DNA of 64,000 nt from the NCBI RefSeq assembly GCF_004010195.1, contig NC_057719.1:83534147-83598146 (forward strand), read 5' to 3'. Origin of the DNA: Chiloscyllium plagiosum (taxonomy: Eukaryota). The position numbers and the translations under genes are program-made. This document shows positions 12,747 to 25,455 of this stretch, piece after piece; position 1 is the stretch's first letter; every line of letters starts with the position of its first letter. Under the pieces are notes generated by a model, which was not told the DNA's origin, ran no database searches, and saw nothing but the letters and a program-made list of their open reading frames with translations.

Positions 12747-13934
12747 TGAAGAGATCTCACTGTGGCTCCTCAGTACAGTGCCCACACACTGTGCAAGGAA
12801 CATCTCCCGGAGAGGTAGATGATAATTGTCCCGAACGGATACAGAGTGGGAGTCACTTTTAATGAGACTATTTCCCCACCCCCACATAATTATTGGATAA
12901 TGGCAACTTGTTTGCACTTTCTCTTACAATTCCAGAGCAGTAATTGTAGGTCTTTGGGCCTGGCCTCCCAATGCGTGCTCTTAACAGATAATGCTTTTCG
13001 ATTGAGGCGTAGGGATGGTGAGAGGTAAGATTCACCCTGTGATTCCAGATATTGGTAACGTAAGCTGGGGGAGACGTTTGAGAATTTCAGGACACGTCTA
13101 CCACTCGTGCTGTTGACAAGACATGCTGCTGATTTCCTGGATAGACAACATTATACAGGAGCTGTTCCCACTGTGTACTGACTGTGTACAGGAGCTGATG
13201 TTGAGGCATTACATATATGGGCTACATAGTGTGGCACGTATGCTGGGCTTCCTGTAACAGGTGAGACTGAAATGTTCCTCTGAATCCTGTCAAATGCATC
13301 TACATCCTATTGGAGGAGGGGTGTGGTTGATAAATGCTAACAATACTTCAGATACTGAGCTGTATATAATTAGGCATGGGAAACTGAGGCTGGAAAATAC
13401 AGCACATAAGGGCTGCTCGAGACACATCCATCCAGTGCACAGTTTAATTAATCTTAATTAAATCACCACTCCAATTGCACCTTTAGTTTAGCAATTATTA
13501 AATGACTTATTTTGGAGAGGGTTTCATTCACCGTCAATGTCAAGTATTCCCAGGCCAGGCCAGGTCAGGCCTGTTGTGGCCTCTGGATATGTTCCAGCCC
13601 TGATCCCCGACAACCTCCCCTTCAACCCAAGCTGACTCAGACCACAAACCACCTCCCATCCACTCACACCTCTCTCACTCCCATAGAAAGATCTCAGGGC
13701 CTATTTGGTGATGAAGGAGAAACTTCTAACAATGTCGTACTGCTCTTACCCACTTAATATTGAGAAACAAATCCCCTCATTCAGGAAACCCATTCGAAGC
13801 TTTTAAATCTCCACCTGTGGTTAAGCTCTGGCACAAATAAACAAATATCTATTCTCACCGTCACAACTAATCCTTTAATAGCCTCTTAAAAGCAACAATC
13901 AAATTATGAACTCAACAGGCCCCTTCTGAGATAA

Positions 13935-14124
13935 GGCGAAAGTGAGGACTGCAGATGCTGGAGATCAGAGTCGAGAGTGTGGTGCTGGAAAAGCACAGCA
14001 GGTCAGGCAGCATCCAAGGAGCAGGAAAATCGACGTTCCCGGCAAAAGCCCTTCATCAGGAATCCTGATGAAGGGCTTTTGCCCGAAACGTCGACTCTCC
14101 TGCTCCTCAGATGCTGCCTGCCTG
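13935..14124. mobile_element. Penelope-derived fold-back (inverted pLTR) element with 14-bp TSD
   Basis: TSD CCCTTCTGAGATAA at 13921-13934 and 14125-14138; ~58-bp inverted arms meeting at ~14061. Confidence 0.85.
14057..14102 (+). ncRNA. Putative minimal type I hammerhead ribozyme motif
   Basis: CTGATGA (14065-14071), extra A, stem II GGGC-TTTT-GCCC, GAAA, palindromic mini stem III (ACGT), GUC triplet ending 14092. Confidence 0.6.
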
Positions 14125-15209
14125 CCCTTCTGAGATAAACCTAGCTTCTGAAACTCATTTACTATGAGATAATAATAATATTTTGAAATGTCAAGAAAGA
14201 TGTTTGTTGAAACTGTATGGACAAGTGATGATGGTTTGTTTTCTAACCTACACTAGATGGTTTGTTACTCAGTGCAGTCCAGAGAACTGCTTTCTTAAAC
14301 TCTCACTGACAACTCACTTACATTATTTTCATGTTTAACTTACAGATCAAAACAATTCAGATCACAACACTTAAATCTCATGAGTATTTGCAAGTACTCC
14401 TTCAGCTTGCGACTCGCACGTTGTGGAGTAAGGTACTTGGAACGGCCGGAATAGGGTTCATTTGGACTCAGTACTGAGTGGTAAAGATCCTGCTGAATGT
14501 AGGTTCCCCATCTGTGTGATTCACACCCATTCTCCTATTGCCATAATCTCAGAAACAGGAGCTGACTTGCCCATTTGTCACCTGATGGCCATTTCCCAGC
14601 CAACCTTGAAGCTCAGTCTCAGAAAGAGTAATTCTGACCATCTCAACACCAGCATTTCTGTCTCAGATGCCATCATCCTTGTCATCTCCCTGGGTGAGGT
14701 TGTCAGATCGAGATAAACTTTGGACGTTTTTGTATTGTGCATCTAATTAGAAAAGAATCAAATGGAACAGAAGGGTTTTAAGAGCTTGAGGTCTCATAAG
14801 CCAATGAGAGAAAGTAAAGTTTAATTTCCTCTGTTTAATCTGCTGGAGTTGAAAGGGCATTAACTGTACATCTGTGATGAATATATTTACCAAACCTCTC
14901 TCTCTCTCTCTCTCTCTCTCTCCGTTTTTCTTTCTTGTTCTTTTTTACACTTTCCCTGACTGTTTTCATCTCATATTCCATTTTTCCTTCTGAAGACAAG
15001 TCCTGGAAGTGAATGATTCTCAGGGGTGTTAATGCACATCTTCAGATCATATCCCATTATCTGCACTGTTTTGCATCACATTTCTGTTCCTAGCGTGGAG
15101 GAAACCAAAGCATAATTCCTCCATTCCCCTTGAATATTCCCAAACAATGCACATTCTATCAGCTTCTGCTTCACAGATCTTCTTACGCAGGGATAAGCAA
15201 CCTCCTCTT

Positions 15210-15382
15210 CCAGAGATCTGAACACAAAATCCCCAGTTGACAGTCAGTACTGAGGGTGATGAAGGAGAAACTTCTAACAGTGTCGTACTGCTCTTACCCA
15301 CTTAATATTGAGAAACAAATCCCCTCATTCAGGAAACCCAGAGATCTGAACACAAAATCCCCAGTTGACAGTCAGTACTGAG
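15210..15382. repeat. Templated insertion: 86-bp copy of 13707-13792 between 45-bp direct repeats
   Basis: 15255-15340 matches 13707-13792 with one mismatch; 15210-15254 equals 15338-15382. Confidence 0.95.
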
Positions 15383-16144
15383 TGAGTTGTGTCACCATAG
15401 TCTAACCAGACCATAGGGGCTGCTCTGTCATTAGAGACAGAGACGACTGGTGGTGGTTTAACCTGAGGGTTGCCACATCTCAGGCAAGGGGAATGGTTGA
15501 GAAGGAGAGTCCTTCATGTTAACCTGAGCCGGTGATGGGAATCGAACCCACGCGATTGGCATCATATTGCTTCACAAACCAACCGTCCGGCCACTGAGCT
15601 AAACCAAGTCCCAGCTGTGCTGATGGAAGTGTCATCTTTCAAAGGAAACATTGAGTCGAGGCCTGTGTGTCCTGTCTGGTGGATGGAAATGGTTCCAGAC
15701 AATGCATTTAAGATGAGCAGTATGGTTCTCCCAGTTGTCCTCGTCAATATGTATCCCTTAATCAATATTACACCAATTGATTATCCAATTATTATCACAT
15801 TGTTGTTCACCAGCGGTTGCTGCTCAAATTGGTTATATCATTCCCTACATTGGAACAGTGAGAACGCAAACAAAAGACACAATTTTCTGCAAAGCACTTT
15901 GGGAATTTCCTGAGGCCATGGAACGCTGTGTATAAATCCGACTGACATCAAGTGAGGTTTGGTTTTAATTGCGAAGCCTGACTCTGTGGCAGGAGCACAC
16001 ACAGGGACAAACAAAAAATGGGCAAGATGACAGTCAGTCTGAGCTGCAGCTTTCGGAGAGACTCGAGTTTGATGACGTGATTCAGGAGAAAGGAAGTCTC
16101 TTGTTCAAGCAGTCCTGTTCAGGTATGAGTGAGACGGAGTTGTG

Positions 16145-16703
16145 GAATCATATAAATGGAAGCAGACTGTTTGGTTCAACTAGTCCAAACCAACCATAAT
16201 CCCAGAGGAAACTAGTCCCACCTACCAGCACATGGCCCATATCGCTCCGAACATTTCATTCACCAACTTATCCGTCTTTTAAACGTTGTAACTGTACTCA
16301 CATCCACCACTGGCTCTGGAGGCTCATTCCAAACACGAACCACTCCCTGTGTAAAGAAGTTGCCACTCCCATGTCTTTTTTAAATCTTTCCCCTCTCACC
16401 TTCAAAATACGCTCCCCTAGTCTTGAAATCCCCCACCCTAGGGAAAGGGCACCTTATCTACACTTCTCATTTTTAAAGGGCTTCTATAAGGTCAATCTTC
16501 AACCTCCTACGCTCCAGTTAAAAAAGTCCCGGCCTAACCAGCCTCTCCCTATATCTCAAACCCTCCAGTTCCGGCAACATCCTGGTAAATCTCTTCCGAA
16601 CCCTCTCCAGCTCAATAATATCCTTCCTGTAACTGGGTGACCAGAACTGGACACGATATTCCAGAAGAGGCCTCACCAATGTCCTGTACGACCTCAACAT
16701 GAC
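16145..16703 (-). mobile_element. CR1/HER1-like LINE 3' fragment
   Basis: MLRSYRTLVRPLLEYRVQFWSPSYRKDIIELERVRKRFTRMLP on the minus strand. Confidence 0.9.
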
Positions 16704-19308
16704 ATCATCAGTTTAAAAAATCGCATTGAGAGTGTACTCTTGAGTGGACCCCCTTCCTGCCTTCACCTTTGAGACAGTAGGAGTTTATGATCTGCAAGAT
16801 TCAGAAGGGGCCCTGAAAGTCTCTGGTCCATCTACAATCTACGACACTCTCAACTAAAGGTGTGAGCTGTTTTACTGCTGGGGCGTTTTGCAGTTTCACT
16901 GGTGGAGGTGACTTCTTGAGTTTTGCTGGTGTTGTTGGTTTTGCCTGGGATGGAGGGTACTGAGCTAGATTTCCATAGTCCTCTCTGTGTTCACAGCTGT
17001 TTTGGATTACTCAGTGTACTATTAACCACATCCGTGTCACAGGGATGTCTTTAACACAGAAGAATCCAGTGAAATTCTTGATAGATTACAGAGCTTCCTT
17101 CCCAAGTGTGATTCATAGCTTGGCCTGTTGCAGCTTCCACTATCATTAGCCCCTTGCCTCCCTCCCCAAGGACACCGTGGTCAATCTAACTGTACGCCAG
17201 CCATTCCCTATAGAAAGCAGATTGATGGTGTCACGTCGTTTCAGTAAAACTTGAGTGAATGCAGCTGGTTCACGAAGAACTGAAGTGACCCCTAGTGCCT
17301 TCAGGAAGTTTGAAGTTTTGTGGAAGCAATGTTTTCACAAGTCAAAAGGTTTGTCTTAATCCAGTGCCCTCCACCACCATTTTCTTTCAAGAGTTGTTCC
17401 CCTTCCAATGATTTTTGGCTCAATGTGGCTCCTGCAACAGCTCACCTGAAATCTGTCTCACTGTCCGGCCACAAGGCCTTGGTGTCCAAACACCTACACC
17501 TTCCAATCAGGCTCACTGGGATCATGCAGCCAAAGTGGCATTTTTAGGCCTAGATCGGAAATGCTGGCACTCATTGTAGCACCGTCTCCTCTTGCTTCAT
17601 TATCCTCCTCCAGCCCTCTTCCATATTGGGTGAGGAGTGTCAGTTCGGAGGTCAGGTGAAGAAAGAATGACCAAGGTTACGGGCTTGGAATACTCCTGGT
17701 TACTTGTAACCCCAGGAATGTGAGTTCAAATCCCACTGTGGCAGTCCGCAAAAGGATAATTTTGCTAGTGGCATAATTTGGCATTTATAAAGAAGGACTG
17801 GTGCCAGTAAAAGGCATTGTGAAAATATTGGAATGTTGTTATCGGTTATTGAAGGGACGGGGACATTGTTTCTCTGGTTTGGTTTCGAGGTGACTGGAGC
17901 TGCACTCCAAGTCCCACTGCCCTCTGAAGTCAACCCTTTCGTTGGTTCAAACTGCTGGAAGGCCCATTGACACTTTTGCAGGGCGGCTAGCGGTGGGAAA
18001 TAAATACCAGCTGACAGGAAAAAAAAGCAGACTTCTCGGGAATCTTTCTTTCCTTTCGTCTGAAAAAGGAAAGAAGTCGAGTTACCCAACTAATCCTTTT
18101 CCCCAGTCTGGAGGCACTGAGCCCAAGTCCGGCGCCAAGGGCAAAGGAAAGCAAGGGTCAACTCTGCGTTGGCCAGAGGTCAAGTGGGGAGGGAGGGGGG
18201 AGCTGGGTGGGGGGGGGGGGGAAGGTTGGCCTGCTCCATGTGACTCAATAAAGAGCCATCAGAGTAACTCAAGTCTTCTTAAGAACTGCTTCAATTGACT
18301 CCCTGTGTTGAGCTGCAAAGGCATCTTTGTGAGAAGTGTCTGTTTTGATATGTTTCGGGTTTTTTTTTTCTCCTGCGGTTTATTTTTCTTTTCGCAACCT
18401 CTGAGGGCATGCCAAATTTGAGGTTGCCCTCCACATGCCTGGGCAGTGAGACGCTTCTAGAAATTCAGCCTCACGTGAAACCAAAGCATACCAGAGGATA
18501 GCTCCTCCATTCCCCTTGAATGTTGAATACGGAGGATTAAATGGTGATCTAACTGAAGCATTTAAGTCGATGAGATGACAGTTTGGGCCAATGTATAGGG
18601 CTGGGGGGGAGGGGAAGTCCAGGATCGGGGAGGATAATCTTAAGTGTGGACTGAGGCCTACTGGAGGTGACCTCCTTGCAGACAAAGGAATTATGCACAT
18701 CTGACGCCCTCCATCCAGAAAACCGACGCGGTTTTGGCATTTTGATAACTGAACAATTTAAAATGGAAGTTTCTGGAATTTCTTTCGTTGAGGTGAGTTA
18801 TCAAGGGTTACGAAAACTGAGGCGGGTTTCTGGAGTTAAGACACAGACCAGCCGTGATTCCGTGACAGCAGGCCTGAAACAAAATCAGAAATTTCTGGAA
18901 AAACTCAGCAGATCTGGCAGCATCCGTGGAGAGAAATCAAAGTTAATGTTTCAGGTCCAGTGACCCTTCCCCAGAACTGAACGATGATTTCTCTTTCCTG
19001 AAGCACCTTCAGATGCAATGTGAATGGTATTCGGTATGTTACCTGTTGAAAACTTTAATGTGAAGCGTTGTACAGTTCTCAATGATATGATATCCACAAA
19101 TCAGGGGAAAGGAGTCACAACTGTGTTCAGAACATCTGCCGGAACCTGACGCTGAGGAAAACTGTCAAGCTTTTCACATGGGTGACCCTTCCTTTGGCAA
19201 GGAGTCAGGTTTCCTGTCCAATTCTGGGCAATCAGCAATGTTTCAGAGCCGGAGGGTCTTCCAGTTTCAGAGGAGCACACTGCCGCAGTAAGAAGTAACT
19301 AACCGAGC

Positions 19309-19625
19309 GTGTAGCACTGATGCCTCACAGCGCCAGGGACCCGGGTTCGATTCCACCCTCGAGCGACTCTCGGTGTGGAGTTTGCACATTCTCCCCGAGC
19401 CTGCATGGGTTTCCTCTGGGAGCTTCCTCCCAAAGTCCAAAGATGTGCAGGTCAGCAGGATTGGCCATGGTAAGTTGCTCCCTAGTGTCCAGGGATGCGC
19501 AGGTTAAGAGGGTTAGCCATGGGAAATACCGGGTTATGGGGGAATGGGTGTGGGTGGGATGCTCTTCAGAGGATCGATGTGGGTTCAATGGGCTGAATGG
19601 CCTGCTTACACACTGTGGGGATTCC
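19309..19625 (+). mobile_element. HE1-type tRNA-derived SINE (diverged)
   Basis: B-box GGTTCGATTCC; V-SINE core GTGTGGAGTTTGCACATTCTCCCC. Confidence 0.85.
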
Positions 19626-20447
19626 ACAAGAGGCAATCTTGACAAAAACAAATGTGCTATTTTAACTGCTTTAATAAAACACCAGATAGATTCTGACTCA
19701 GACTGTTGTGGGCTTGGCGATGTAGCGTGTTATCCTAAAATCAGAAGAGGCCCTTCGACCCTTCATGTCTGTGTCACCAAAAATACACGACTACCTACAC
19801 TCGCCCCATTTTCCCTCACTCGGGCCCATAGTCTTGAATGTTATCAAGTGCACATCCAAGTACTTTTTAAAGGTCATGAGGTTTCCTGCCTCAGCTCCCC
19901 GCTCTCCACCCAAAACCCTCGAGGTGAAAAGGTTTCCCCTGTGTAACTCCTGCCTTTCAGTGTAGAAATGACTCTCCCCTTGTTATTGATAAATATCTGG
20001 GAGCCTTGCAGACGTAAAACTGGCTGGTTTAAACAGCCGTTTAAAAGCTTTTCTGACATCAGTTTGCAGCCCTCACTTTTCCACTTTCTTTCTGAGTCCT
20101 CTCTGATTGAGCACTGCGAGTGACAGCAGTGAAAAGACTCACGTCAATAAAGGCAACACAAGGGGAAGGGACAGCATGTGGCTGTGCCCTCACCCAGAGA
20201 GACGTGGTGGGGAGGGGGGTCTCCCTGCCCCAGGGAGTGTGAGTGGGCCAGCCTGTCACTAAAAGCTCACCTCCAGTGACTGAGGTATCACTCCCGCCCA
20301 CCCCACACCATTACAAGGAAGATCCCTGTTGAACATCATGGCTCTCTTCAGGAGCCTGACCACCTCGCGGTTTTCCCACGGGAATGGGATCAGGGAAGCT
20401 GGTGCACCAGGCACCCGCCTCATTATGGCCCTCGTCTGTCGCAGGAT

Positions 20448-20731
20448 CGTTGAATCCCTACACTGTGGAGGCAGGCCATTCGACCCATCGAGTCAACACC
20501 ACCCCTCCGAAGGGCACGCCTTCCAATCCCTGCAACCCTGCATTTCCCATGGCTAACACGCCCAGCCTGCACATTCCTGGACGCCATGGGGAACTTAGCA
20601 CAGCCAATCCACCTAACTTGCACATCTTTAGACAATGGGAGGAAACCCTCCACATAGACAGCCCCCCAAGGGTGCAATTGAACCTGTGTCCCTGAGGCTG
20701 CAGTGCTACCAACTGAGCCACTGTGCCACCT
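20448..20731 (-). mobile_element. HE1-type SINE (diverged)
   Basis: Reverse complement of GGTGGCACAGTGGCTCAGTTGGTAGCACTG head and core. Confidence 0.82.
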
Positions 20732-21163
20732 TGTATATGGTATGAGGGTATGGTACAGAATAGCAAACAGTGAGATCCGCTCAAGAACACCTCCTATGGA
20801 CTGATACACATCCTGTTTGGAACTGTTCAGTGTGAGATAGTGTTTTAGGATCTGATGTACCAGATGCAATGATATGGGAAATGATAACAAAATATTATAT
20901 CGAGCTCTGTTAAAGATCTGATACACAATACTAGGTTCTTAGTGCCTGGTAGAATGTGGTAGAGAAATGACCAGTTTTGGTGTTTTGGGAGTTAAAACAG
21001 AGTTGGTTTTAAGGATGCACTGCAGCAAATATGATCCCAGGAAAGAGAGTCGGTCCCAGCTCTGAGTGCTGAGAAAAAACAGGCACTACTTCAACTGTTG
21101 AGCAGGAAGTGCTAGAACAGATAAGACTGATTTCCTTCCAACTCCATGAACAACAACTACCCG

Positions 21164-21740
21164 CACACACAGATACACATAGACACACATACACACACAC
21201 AGACACACACTCAGACCCACACACACACACACTCGCTCTTACACTCATACAGACTCACACACACATACACAGACACACAGACCCACACACACTCGCTCTC
21301 ACACTCACACAGACACACACACAGACACACACACACAGACTCACACACACAGACACTCTGACTCTCTCACACACACACAGACCGACACACACACGCACAC
21401 TCGCTCTCACACTCACAGACTCACACACACACAGACACACACATACACACTCACACACACACACAGAGATACACACACTCACTCTCACACAGAAAGTGTG
21501 GTACTAGAAAAGCACAGCCAGTCAGGCAGCGTCCGAGGAGCAGGAGAGTCGATGGTTTCGAGCAGAAGCTCTTCATTAGCAATGTCCACACTTATTGGCT
21601 CTGATCTCCAGCATCTGCAGCCTTCACTTTCTCCTCACTCTCACACTCACACATACACACACACACTGACATACACGCACACAGACACACACAGAGACAC
21701 ACACACACTCTCAGACATACACAGACACAAACACACACCC
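21164..21740. repeat. (CA)n-rich compound microsatellite split by a Penelope-derived short element (~21493-21636)
   Basis: CA/CAGA runs either side of GAAAAGCACAGCCAGTCAGGCAGC...CTCCAGCATCTGCAG. Confidence 0.88.
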
Positions 21741-23881
21741 CCATTCCACAATCCTCTCTGCCTTTCGCCCTGGCAATAAGGCCACATTTATCTGAGGAGT
21801 GTTGACAAGGGCGATATTTTTCAAACACATGAGTCACGCAGTGGGGTTGGAAAGGACACAATCGTGTGGCTCAAGGTGTTAGCCACAGACTCTGCTGAGT
21901 GCATATGAAAGAGGATGCGACACTCACTTTCTGTTTGTTTGTCTCGTCACTTCTACTTTGGACTTTCCCAAATCTGTTTTAGCATTGACGAGCTTTTGAC
22001 AGGTCTTGCTGTCAGATTGGAATGGCTGCACACAGAGAGTTAGCAGTGACGTGGCCTTGATGTGGGTGTCATCGGGTCCTTTGCAGTACTCATGGCTCAG
22101 CCACCAGGGGCAGGTCCTCAAGCTTCTCCCCTGATGTTTGGGGTTTCACAAGGGCCATTTGGCAGGTATGAGCTTTTGACAAAGAACTTTCTGGCCTCTT
22201 TAACCTCCAGGCGAAACAACACCACCTTTCAAAACAAAATAAAAACAAAGAACTGTGGGTTCGGGAAATCTTAAAGAAAAACAGAAAATCTTTCAACGCA
22301 GCTTATTATGCAGTCACAGCAAGCACTAATCTGGGTTCAGGAAAACTCCTTTTCCACTTGACGAATTCTGTCAAAAATCCACAAAATGGCTGCCTATGCC
22401 ACACGTCAATTTGAGAAAGACCGCAGAAAATAGGCAGTTAGGTGCCAGAACAGGGAGGATAGAAAATCAAAGCTCTTGACCGTGTTGGAACACAGCAACA
22501 ACAACATTCAGCTCCTCAAACTCTTTCATCAATCCCAAGACCATGGTAGAAATTGTACTGAGGCCTGCACACACACATGTGGCCTCATCTCTTACTACTG
22601 GTTCACAACATCAAGTCTAAAATTGATAGTCGTTCTTCCAAACTTTCCTCACCCTTTCTAGAAGTAGAAGTCTTCCTTAATTTCGCTGCCTCGGGGTTTG
22701 GCTTTCACATTTAGACTCCTCAAACCGCAGAAATAGTTTCCCCCAATTTATTTGTTCTGCTTAACGTCTTGAAAATTTGTGTCAAGTCACCCCGTTACCT
22801 TCAAAATTCCAGGGAATGCAACCGTGGGTTGTGTAATCTCTCCTCGTAATTTGACTTTTGTAATCGAGGTGCCATTCTGCTTAAGTCTGAGCTGCACCCC
22901 CTTCTAAATACGGTTCTGCCTGGCCATTACGAATCTGACTCTTTCTGATCAGCTGAAAATTTATTATGCGGTGTGCAGCCACACTGTCCTTAATCGAGAA
23001 CTCTATAGACTCCCCCTCAACAGACATTGGGTTGACTGCTGTATGCACACGTTGACTGGACGTTTCTAGTCAGCATGAGGAGGGGAACAGGGCCAAGGAA
23101 TGGAGGAAGTGTCTTGGTAGCAGACCAGTGGGAGCAGCAGGATTGCCCCTTTCAGCGAGGGCACCATGCCTCCCACCACCAGCCAAAGACGTCCAGCGGA
23201 GAGACTGTCAGTGGCAGCTCTTAGATTTTAGCCATTTGTAAAAGCGGTTCAGAGGGTACAACCATCTTAAGGGAGCCCTCACTCTGTCTCTGGGTGACCT
23301 TCACTGCTTCAACGTAGGAACAGTTGACCTCTCGGTCAACTCCTATTGGTGCTCCAACCTCATGAGCTCATCCTTAATTGAATGAGGCTGGCGGATCCTT
23401 CAATAATAGCTCTCTGGATCCCAGTGCCTGGTCGTGGAGGATCATGACCTACATTTACTCCCAGCGGGATCAACACTCGACGAAAGTCCAACCAAAATTC
23501 AACACAGCCGTCATTTTGTTATATTTTGAGACAATATCAGGTCTCAAGTGGCCCACATCATTCCTAACCAGCTTTTTGCAAAAAAAACCCGTATGCATTG
23601 ATTTTGATAATGCTTGTAATTTCTTTTCAGTTTTTTAGCTTTTTGCTGTGTCGTTTGTCACCCTCTACTGTTCTTGTACCTGTCCTATTTGTCAGGATTT
23701 GTGCTATGATTTTGTATATTGTCCACTTTTCCTTTGGTTTCTTGTCGTCTCTTGTCCCGTCCATACTTCACACTGTGGAAATTTTAGATAAGGCTTGGGT
23801 GCCGAAGAGGACAAAGTGACAGAGTTGGAAGATGCTAAAAGCAATTCTGTATTAGCTAAAGGACTTATACACTTAATGGTA

Positions 23882-24138
23882 NNNNNNNNNNNNNNNNNNN
23901 NNNNNNNNNNNNNNNNNNNNNNNNNNNNNNNNNNNNNNNNNNNNNNNNNNNNNNNNNNNNNNNNNNNNNNNNNNNNNNNNNNNNNNNNNNNNNNNNNNNN
24001 NNNNNNNNNNNNNNNNNNNNNNNNNNNNNNNNNNNNNNNNNNNNNNNNNNNNNNNNNNNNNNNNNNNNNNNNNNNNNNNNNNNNNNNNNNNNNNNNNNNN
24101 NNNNNNNNNNNNNNNNNNNNNNNNNNNNNNNNNNNNNN
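23882..24138. other. Assembly gap inside a CR1/HER1-like LINE
   Basis: Run of N; LINE sequence on both sides (GACTTATACACTTAATGGT / CTGGTACAATTGCAACATTTAAAAGG). Confidence 0.95.
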
Positions 24139-24280
24139 CTGGTACAATTGCAACATTTAAAAGGCATCTGGATGGGTATATGAATAGGAAGGGTTTGGAG
24201 GGATATGGGCCGGGTGCTGGCAGGTGGGACTAGATTGGGTTGGGATATCTGGTCAGCATGGACGGGTTGGACCGATGGGT

Positions 24281-24607
24281 TTAGATTAGATTAGATTAGA
24301 TTAGCTACACTGTGGAAACAGGCCCTTTGGCCCAACAAGCCCACACCGACCCCCCAAAGCGCAACCCACCCATACCCCTACATTTACCGCTTTTAACCTA
24401 ACACTACGGGCAATTTAGCATGGCCAATTCACCTGACCCTGCACATCTTTGTGACTGTGGGAGGAAACCGGAGCACCCGGAGGAAACCCACGCAGACACG
24501 GGGAGAATGTGCAAATTCCACACAGACAGTCGCCTGAGTCGGGAATTGAACCCGGGTCTCAGGCGCTGTGAGGCAGCAGTGCTAACCACTGTGCCACCAT
24601 GCCACCC
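24281..24607 (-). mobile_element. Full-length HE1 SINE inserted into a LINE 3' UTR
   Basis: A/B boxes, V-core and (TAATC)n tail on the minus strand; LINE resumes at GGGTCTGTATCCATG. Confidence 0.93.
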
Positions 24608-25109
24608 AGCGGGTCTGTATCCATGTTGTACATCTCTATGACTCTATGACTGACTCCCAATGGAAAATTTCAGCAAGCCTCGAAAAGAAAATAAATATAA
24701 ATCTGAAGAACTGTGGATGTTGGAGGTCAGAAACAAAAATGTAAAGTAATTTTCTTCATGACTTTATTGTCGCATATTTTTTCTGTAAGAATGCAACAAA
24801 ATAAGTGAAAAGCTTTCATTGGCTGCCGGGATTTGATGCCATTTTGAATCATTTAAGAATTAAGTCACCGATCCTCAGGCGCCAACTCTTACCGCTGTGC
24901 CGATTTTCCTGAACCACCGTTGGGCCCTCCTCATCCATGTCGCTATGATGCCCTTCCTCTGCTGCTTAGCCGCTGTCTACACCAGACCCAATCAGCAATG
25001 AAGTCACCGATCCTCAGATGCCACCCTTTGCCTCTGGGTCCGCCTCGCCAACATCACCTTCACTGATGTAGCAGCCGCCGAAATGAAAGTGAGCGTCCAC
25101 TCAAGGTCT

Positions 25110-25455
25110 GTGCTGGGCCCACTCTCCTCTGTGCTGGGCCCGCCCTCGTCCTCGCTCGACCCACTGTCCTCCGCACTGGGCCCACTCTCTTCCGCTGTGG
25201 GCCCACTCTCATCCATGCTAGACCCACTCTCCTCCGCACTGGGCCCACTCTCCTCCACACTGGGTCCACTCTCTTTGGCCCTGGGCCCACTCTCCTCCAC
25301 ACTGGGCCCATTCTCCTCTGCGCTGGGCCCATTCTCCTCCGCGCTGGGCCCATTCTCCTCCACGCTGGGCCCATTCTCCTCTACACTGGGCCCATTCTCC
25401 TCTACACTGGGCCCATTCTCCTCTACACTGGGCCCATTCTCCTCCACGCTGGGCT
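25110..25455. repeat. 21-bp minisatellite (CTGGGCCCA(C/T)TCTCCTCCACA), ~16 copies
   Basis: 7-aa periodicity (EE(N/S)GPS(V/A)) in ORF 25004..25447. Confidence 0.93.

Noticed and set aside
22090..22260. Apparent minus-strand terminal exon (WCCFAWRLKRP...LEDLPLVAEP)
   Set aside because: The polypyrimidine tract belongs to a Penelope-like terminal fragment (AAAAACAAAGAACTG), and the peptide is unrecognised.
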